The notes under the pieces are model-generated. The model was given only the letters and a program-made list of their open reading frames with translations, was not told where the DNA came from and made no database searches. Shown here piece after piece: positions 58,901-64,000 of a stretch of DNA of 64,000 nucleotides; position 1 is the first letter of the stretch; the number at the start of each line of letters is the position of its first letter. Both the position numbers and the translations under genes were made by a program. The stretch is from Holophagales bacterium UBA5704 (GTDB lineage: Bacteria; Acidobacteriota; Thermoanaerobaculia; Multivoradales; UBA5704): the NCBI GenBank assembly GCA_002420005.1, contig DIHE01000157.1:18296-82295 (forward strand). Reading direction: 5' to 3'.

Positions 58901-59973
58901 TCGTCCTCGCAGCCGGCGAGACCGTGGTGCGCGACCTCGAGTTCGGCAATCGGCTGACGCTCTCCGGCCACGTCGAGTACAACGGTGGACCTCTCTCCGG
59001 GGCCGCAGTGGCCATCCGTGCCTCGCATTTCACCCTCGAACGGAACGTGACCACCGGTTTCGATGGCGGTTTCCGCATTGAGGACCTGGAGCCCGACACC
59101 TACTGGCTGGGCGTGAGTCACAGCCGCGAGATCCTGACCCACAACGAAACGCTCACCCTCTCGGCTGACCGAGACGTTGTGATCCGCCTGGACGCCGGCT
59201 CGCTCAGCGGCCGGGTCCGCGACGACGCCACGGGAGAGCCCGTGGCCGGGACCCTGGTTCAGCTGCATCCGGAGGACGGGCCGGATTTCCTGATCGCCGG
59301 AAGCGCCGACGCTGCAGGGCATTTCCATCTGCCGCGCGTGCCGGCCGGCCGTTATACGTTGCTGGCCAAGGCCGACGGCTATTCCCCGGCCCAACTCGGC
59401 GTCGAAGTCCCGGGAAATCAACCGGGAGACGAGGTCGAGGTCGCCCTGGAAGCCGTGCAGGGACTCGAGATCCATGTGCGGCTCGCCTCCGGCTCCATCC
59501 CCGGCTGGATCGATGTCCGGGCGGAGAGCCTCCCTGGCGGTCCAGCCTTCACCGAGCGGCGGCAGGTCGCCAAAGACGGCAGCGTCCGCCTCCCAACGCT
59601 TGCGGCAGGGACCTGGGCGCTGTTCCTCGGAACGGCTGGAGGCGGGCTGGTCGAGCTCACCGCCACCGTCCCGGGACCTCCAGTCGGCGTCACCTTTCCA
59701 AACGCAGCTCCGCTCCAGATCCAGGTTCCTGCCCTCGCCGAGTCAAGCCTGGTGGGGACCGCCCGCCTGGTAGGGGGAACCGGCACCGTGCTGGCGACCC
59801 TCTCCTCAACGGGCCAGCTCGCGACGGAGACGCCCGTGACCGGCGGGATCGCCATCGTCGACAACGTACCCGCCGGCGTGTGGAAGATACAGGTCGACGC
59901 TCCCGACGGCCGCCGGTGGAACGCCGTCGCCTCCACCGACGGGCACAGCGGTATCTCGGTGCAACTGGAATAA
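55951..59973 (+). CDS. Large secreted protein made of tandem carboxypeptidase-regulatory-like (CarboxypepD_reg) beta-sandwich domains
   Basis: ATG at 55951 with GGGAGG 9 nt upstream. Signal-like N terminus MPRSRLLLAELLLLFTLEIRA. About 14 repeats of the pattern G-R-V-x-D-x-x-G-x-P-(V/L)-x-G-A-x-V...TD..G.F.L..LP.G.Y. No TonB-receptor plug or barrel motifs are seen. Confidence 0.75.
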   Translation: MPRSRLLLAELLLLFTLEIRAEEVAVTAAGTVRNPAGRPLAGAEVELQRISTGYEAGIRLLDRMADPAPAARSLTDRQGRFTLSGQERGLYRVVVRAPGLVAMEMAPLALVEPVELEPLELSPDAGLTVRVADAEGRPLPGLWVFASAEQEAGHAGGWRVAPRKSLTDPAGTARLPLRAGESLRVSVFAADFAEIVRSGVQADLSVELGPAGRGREALLRAVDSAGQPIEGALVRVGALAWPVGRTDTRGGVRFRVPAGASTKLRVSTSDGRGAVLDLASGASEAEIRLPAEPLLLTGRVRDAVTREPLAGALVWSAAEPGAALLTRGDGSYRLLAPDRLALALRVEAAGHLGLSARVAEAEIRTRRLPAVALLPTVPVPGSVVNADGQPLAGALVEALALGNTEASLAEWRRSSPQGRFELRRLAGGRFYEIRATHPGFLSAHLEMSTPETARLLPPLRLVLVPARPAKGSVIDDKGQPLAGVRVVVRRAAGAGVRDPFQLPAAWERGVNEATTDARGRFTLAEPPAAEVDLLAVHPGFVPTLQRRRQMPPGTAPWELGKIVLRPGVTLSGRVVDAANRPVEGAGIHRLTEVVPVERLETVLRREEPATKSGADGRFTLSDLPAGKPVHLAVAAESYLPAAVQGLRPPVDHPVIRLQTGSRVAGRVLDATGDPVAGAKVRLTWQGTVGGLPAGGAVYRDTGTDSAGHFEIRDSPAGTVQIAASAPGFVESSPVEWTVPAPPGTELAIRLRRGLALQGLIRTTDGEPVAGARVTVGNAGGRSDAEGFYHLEGAKPGSVLAELFHPAYGRQQRRVTLETETTTLDFELEAGRRISGRVVDEDGRPVSAAQVTLETPQRNRSYRIYQVWSALDGRFEISSVAPGEYQAGAEAEGFAPAPASPLLMGESEIEDLELVLGRSGSVVGQILGLDPEQLARVQVAADDDRMGRPGQIDAQGRFAIRDLPASTWELTARLSGEQRQVQARVVLAAGETVVRDLEFGNRLTLSGHVEYNGGPLSGAAVAIRASHFTLERNVTTGFDGGFRIEDLEPDTYWLGVSHSREILTHNETLTLSADRDVVIRLDAGSLSGRVRDDATGEPVAGTLVQLHPEDGPDFLIAGSADAAGHFHLPRVPAGRYTLLAKADGYSPAQLGVEVPGNQPGDEVEVALEAVQGLEIHVRLASGSIPGWIDVRAESLPGGPAFTERRQVAKDGSVRLPTLAAGTWALFLGTAGGGLVELTATVPGPPVGVTFPNAAPLQIQVPALAESSLVGTARLVGGTGTVLATLSSTGQLATETPVTGGIAIVDNVPAGVWKIQVDAPDGRRWNAVASTDGHSGISVQLE

Positions 59974-59993
59974 TCCGTCGTCTCTCAACCGTC

Positions 59994-62900
59994 CTATCTC
60001 CCATCCCCGCTGAGCTGAAACGCAGCCCAGTGGTACGGATGGGAAAGCCTGCCCGAGCGGATGAGCTCGACCTGGGCCGCCTGGAGCGCCTCGGTTTTCG
60101 GCCGGCCGATCCGCAGATGGCCGTAGAAGCGCTGCATGAGATCGGCCGTCGAGGTGTCGGAGACGCTCCACAACGTGGCGAGAACCGAGCGGGCGCCTGC
60201 GTACTGGAAAGCTCGGGTGAGGCCGATGAGGCCTTCACCGCCCATTTCCTTTCCCAGCGCGGTGCCACAGGCCGACAAGGTCACCAGGTCGGCATCCAGC
60301 CGCAGGCTCTCGAAGATCTCCCAGGCTTGGAGCAGGCCGTTGCCCTGCCCGTCTCCGGGGCTCTCGGGGAGGGTCAGGGCGAGAGCCGAGTTGAGCGGAA
60401 AGCGCTCGTCGAGCAAGCCGTGGCAGGCGAAGTGGATGAGGCGCGGCTCCTTCCCCAGCGACTTGGCCCTCTCTTCGGTCGCATCGCGGCCGAGGTAGGC
60501 CTCGGCCTGGGGGAAGAGAGCCACAATCGCTTCCACCTCCCGGCGCGTCGAGGGGAGCGGCGAGAGCGTGGCCCCGCGCCGGAGGGCATCGCGGATCTCG
60601 GGATCGGCCGGGCTTCCAGGTGCCACGGAAGGATAGACGGGATCCCCGAAGGCGGCGAGCCGATCTGCCCCAGGCTCTCGCGAGGTGCGCCGCGACCGGG
60701 CCAGCTCGGCGTAAACCGTGGCCGAAAGCACGAAATGGAGCGGTTTCCACTCGATCAGATGGCGCTCCCGGCGGAGCAATGCGGCAAAGGGAAGGGTATG
60801 CAAGGGCCCGTCCGCGGAGAGGAGGAGGCGCCGGGCCCCGGCGATCCGGGGCTCGGCGGGCTGAACCAGCAGCCGGTAGAGCCGCCGTGCACGATCCCGC
60901 AGGGCCGCGCGATCCGAGCCGGCATGGCCGAGGAGCCGGCGGAAGGACTCCACCTCGTCGCGCAGAGCTTTGGCTCCGGCCGCGATCCGGAAGACCGAGA
61001 CCGCGGGTCCGGTGGCATCCACGGGCTGCACGACGAACAGCCAGGTCGCCTCCGATCCGACGGCATATTCGAGCAGGACGGTTCCCGGATCGAGAATCGC
61101 CCGGACAGCCGGAAGATCGAGGGGCTGGGGAGCTTCCATGGCGGCCGTGCGCGGGGATTCCCTGCGGAGCCTTGTGACGATCTCCTCCTGGCGGCGGCGC
61201 AGCTCTCCCAGCTCGCCCGAGAGGCGCTCGATCTCGGTGGCGGAGCGGCCGGCGTCCAGATGGGCGAGCTGCGCCTGCACCCGGTCGTAGGCGAGGTCGA
61301 CCTGCCGGCGCTCGGCGGCGAGACCGGGCGGCAGGTCCGCGAGGCGGAGGTCCCGCTCCGCGAGGAGGGCGAGAAACGAACGGGCACGCCCCCTCTCCAG
61401 GGCATGGAAGGCCTCGGTGGTCCGGCCGAGCCCGATCAACCCGTCCAGGCAGGCAAAGTAGTGCTCGCCGATGGAGGCTTCAAAGAAGCTCCTCCCTTCC
61501 TGCGTTCCGCCGAGCCGGGTGCGCTGGTGATCGAGGACGATCGTGGCGCGGCAGAAGTGCTCCGTCGCTTCCGCATCGTGCCCGGCCAGACGCTCGGTGC
61601 GACCGAGAAGATGGAGCGCCACCGCCTCATCCGTCGCCCCCGGGGCGAGCTTCTGCTGGAGTTCCAGGCTCCTGCGGAGCAGGGCGAGAGCCTCCGCAAA
61701 CCCGCCGCGGAGTGCGACGGCCTCTCCCAGGTCGCGCAGGATCTCCGCATGGTTCAGGCTGACCGGCGCCTTGTCCTCATAGATGGCCAGAGCCTGGCGC
61801 AGGAGCCTCTCCGCCCGGACAAGATCGCCGCGGCTGTCGATCTCCAGCCGGCCGACCCGTTCGGCGCTTTCCGCCTCGTCGAGACTGCCGGGCGCCACTT
61901 TCGCCGCCAGCTCCAACGAGGTCTGCAGGTGCATCCGGGCGGCGGCGAAGTCGCCGCGCGCCGCCGCCAGGAGCCCGAAAGCGACGGCCGCTCGGCCTGC
62001 GTCTACCGGAGAGAGCTTCTCGCAGAGCCCACGCGCCCGCTCGTAATGCCGGCCGGCCGCGTCCAGGTCACCGCGACGCACCTCCAGATTGCCCAGGTCG
62101 ATCAGAAAGTCCGCGAGCACCAGCGCATCCGGCGCGCTTTGTTCCTGGATGGCCAGAGCCTTCCGGAACCGGTCTTCGGCCGTCGCGAGGTCACCCCGGA
62201 AAAGGGAAATCCGGCCGAGCAGAGCCAGACTGTCGGCCACACCTTGGCCGCCCGGGCTGTTCTTCTCGAAGAGGGTGAGCGCTTGGCGGAAGAAGCCTTC
62301 GGCTCTGTCCAGGTCGCCACGGTCCCGGGCGACGTTTCCGAGGTTCTGGAAGAGCATGGCATGATCCCTGTTGCCGGGAGCCAGCCGCCGTTGCAGCTCC
62401 TCGCCCCGCGTCAGGTACTCCTCCGCGGCCGAAAGATCACCGCGGCGGCGCGCCAGGATTCCCAGGTTGTTGAAGCTCGCCATCATCTCGGTCGTCCCCG
62501 GCGCCAGCTCCTCCCGGATCGCCAGGGATTCCCGGAACCGCGACTCGGCGGACGCAAGGTCCCCTTTCTCGGCAAACACGATCCCCAGCTGGTCGAGCGT
62601 TCGCGCGGCGCCAAGGCTCGGCGATCCCTGTCTTTGATGAAAGGTGAGCGCCTCCGCGGAACGCGCCGCAGCCGATTCCCAGTCGGCGCGCCGCATGTAG
62701 GTATCTCCCCAGCGCCGGAGAAGCTGCGCCGCCGCGAGAGCCTGTGCCTCGCTCTTCAAGGCTTCCAGAGCTTCGCCATGCGCGGCATCGGCCTCGTCCC
62801 AGGCCCGTGCCGCAGCAAGCGCCTCCGCCCATCGGTCGAGAAACCAGGCGGCGAGGCGGCCGTCCCCGGCGGCGCGCGCAGTGTCCGCAGCGGCCCGCCA

Positions 62901-64000
62901 GCTTCGCCCGGCCGCGACGAGGTCGCCGGCGGCGATCTGCGATGCCCCCTGGTCGTAAAGCCGGACGATGCCTTCCGGAACCTCCGGACGCCCGCGGAGC
63001 CCCCACTCCCCGCGGTTCAAGACCCAGGTCTTCTTCTCGGCCCCACGCCACCCGGACAACACGACAGGGCGCCGGGGAGCTTCCTCGCCTTCAGGTAGCA
63101 GCAGGTCATAAGGGGAAGAGACGCGACCACCCGCCGGCGAGGGAAGGCCGGGAGGCGTGGCTGCGCAGGACCAGGAAAAGATTCGGTCGCCCGGTTGCAA
63201 TCCGGCCTCCTCGCCGGGAGAGCCCGGAGCGACGCTCTCGATCACGGCGCCGACCGCCACCTCGCCGGCCGCCAGACGGAGCGCGTGATCCACGGCGGTG
63301 AGGAGAGCCCGCAGCCCGGCGTCCCCGGGCGAAGCCTCAACCGCCTGGAGCAACCGATCGCGTGCCTCCTCCGCCTGCCGGGAGAGCGTGGCGAAGCCGG
63401 CCTCCCCCGACGCCACCGGTCCCGGCCGGTCCAGCGTCTTCACGGTCCAGTGATAGCGGATTCCCGGGGTGAGAGTCCCGGCAGCAACCGCGACGACGGG
63501 CGACCGGGTCTCCACCTGGAAGATCACCGCCCCGCGGGTGTCCTCGATCGCCACCCGGTACGTCCCGCCTCCGGCGACCGGATCGAAACGCAGGACCGTC
63601 TCGGCGGCGAGCGTTGCGGCGCCACAGCAAGGGGACAGTCCACCGATGCGCTCCCCGCGGATGCGCACGGCACCCGAAGCCGACCCGGCCTTCTCCTCGT
63701 CCGCAATCGGCAGAAGGAGCAGGAGAGCGGGCACCGCGGGGAGAGAGCGCACGGAGCCGGAGCGCTGCGCGAGGTCCGCGGCGCTGAAAGTCGCCCGGGA
63801 ATCCGGGCCCAGCTCGTAGCGTCGCCCGTTGACGAAGGCCAGGGAGAGGCGCCCATCCGCCCCGGTCGTCACCACCGCACCCTTCGCAAGGCGATCGTAG
63901 AGGCGGATCGGCCGTTGGACCCGGTTCGGCCCAGCTTGCGTGGCCTCCCCTTCGATCGCATAGACGAGAGCCACCGGCCTGTTACGAGCCGGGAGGCCCG
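59994..64000 (-). CDS. FecR-like / PDZ / TPR-repeat / CHAT-domain protein (5' end may lie beyond the window)
   Basis: C-terminal CHAT region ..LIHFACHGLLDE..LVTLSACGTALG..ARSVLATLWSVSD..HPYHWAAFQLSGD. More than 10 TPR units (e.g. NLGNVARDRGDLDRAEGFFRQALTLFEK). PDZ-like GAVIESVAPGSPGEEAGLQPGDRIFSW. FecR-like N terminus. The track start at 63974 is a GTG, and the frame stays open to nt 63998. Confidence 0.85.
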   Translation of the reverse strand, partial: GLPARNRPVALVYAIEGEATQAGPNRVQRPIRLYDRLAKGAVVTTGADGRLSLAFVNGRRYELGPDSRATFSAADLAQRSGSVRSLPAVPALLLLLPIADEEKAGSASGAVRIRGERIGGLSPCCGAATLAAETVLRFDPVAGGGTYRVAIEDTRGAVIFQVETRSPVVAVAAGTLTPGIRYHWTVKTLDRPGPVASGEAGFATLSRQAEEARDRLLQAVEASPGDAGLRALLTAVDHALRLAAGEVAVGAVIESVAPGSPGEEAGLQPGDRIFSWSCAATPPGLPSPAGGRVSSPYDLLLPEGEEAPRRPVVLSGWRGAEKKTWVLNRGEWGLRGRPEVPEGIVRLYDQGASQIAAGDLVAAGRSWRAAADTARAAGDGRLAAWFLDRWAEALAAARAWDEADAAHGEALEALKSEAQALAAAQLLRRWGDTYMRRADWESAAARSAEALTFHQRQGSPSLGAARTLDQLGIVFAEKGDLASAESRFRESLAIREELAPGTTEMMASFNNLGILARRRGDLSAAEEYLTRGEELQRRLAPGNRDHAMLFQNLGNVARDRGDLDRAEGFFRQALTLFEKNSPGGQGVADSLALLGRISLFRGDLATAEDRFRKALAIQEQSAPDALVLADFLIDLGNLEVRRGDLDAAGRHYERARGLCEKLSPVDAGRAAVAFGLLAAARGDFAAARMHLQTSLELAAKVAPGSLDEAESAERVGRLEIDSRGDLVRAERLLRQALAIYEDKAPVSLNHAEILRDLGEAVALRGGFAEALALLRRSLELQQKLAPGATDEAVALHLLGRTERLAGHDAEATEHFCRATIVLDHQRTRLGGTQEGRSFFEASIGEHYFACLDGLIGLGRTTEAFHALERGRARSFLALLAERDLRLADLPPGLAAERRQVDLAYDRVQAQLAHLDAGRSATEIERLSGELGELRRRQEEIVTRLRRESPRTAAMEAPQPLDLPAVRAILDPGTVLLEYAVGSEATWLFVVQPVDATGPAVSVFRIAAGAKALRDEVESFRRLLGHAGSDRAALRDRARRLYRLLVQPAEPRIAGARRLLLSADGPLHTLPFAALLRRERHLIEWKPLHFVLSATVYAELARSRRTSREPGADRLAAFGDPVYPSVAPGSPADPEIRDALRRGATLSPLPSTRREVEAIVALFPQAEAYLGRDATEERAKSLGKEPRLIHFACHGLLDERFPLNSALALTLPESPGDGQGNGLLQAWEIFESLRLDADLVTLSACGTALGKEMGGEGLIGLTRAFQYAGARSVLATLWSVSDTSTADLMQRFYGHLRIGRPKTEALQAAQVELIRSGRLSHPYHWAAFQLSGDGR

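Overview
The window is very GC-rich bacterial chromosomal DNA with no rRNA, tRNA, CRISPR array or intact transposase visible. All calls come from reading the six-frame track and the DNA by eye; no search or computation was run. Because of the GC content, most long ORFs in the track are antisense or alternate-frame shadows. I moved several starts to internal ATG/GTG/TTG codons that give 1-4 nt stop/start overlaps.

Layout:
- 1-22.4 kb: one co-directional NRPS operon. It holds a 5'-truncated NRPS, a one-module NRPS, a TauD/SyrP-like dioxygenase, a four-module NRPS ending on a bare carrier domain, and a B12-binding radical SAM enzyme of the RiPP-maturase type.
- 22.6-27.4 kb: housekeeping-type genes on the minus strand (a hypothetical protein, arginine deiminase plus ornithine carbamoyltransferase, an ECF sigma/anti-sigma pair), then a hotdog thioesterase on the plus strand.
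- 27.4-43.9 kb and 48.9-53.4 kb: a tightly coupled glycan-biosynthesis locus. It includes many glycosyltransferases, two FkbM methyltransferases, a carbamoyltransferase, two SGNH proteins, an oxidoreductase/aminotransferase/formyltransferase trio, a GT-C membrane protein, an acyltransferase and a WecA-like initiating transferase.
- 43.9-48.9 kb: an odd segment that interrupts this locus. It carries an HTH+TPR regulator convergent with a small secreted peptide gene containing three tandem Cys-loop units, a ~590 bp array of 21-22 bp tandem repeats, a GT-A-like gene, a low-GC DUF3800 gene fragment bracketed by 86 bp direct repeats, and a vapBC pair.
- 53.5-64 kb: a GAF/sigma-54 enhancer-binding protein, a small Cys-containing RTX-like secreted protein, a 1340 aa secreted beta-sandwich repeat protein, and a convergent FecR/PDZ/TPR/CHAT protein that runs to the window edge.

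The most interesting candidates are (a) the HTH-TPR / repeat-peptide / 21-bp-array locus, and (b) the NRPS line with His-less condensation-like domains, a stand-alone hydroxylase, no release domain and a RiPP-type radical SAM enzyme.
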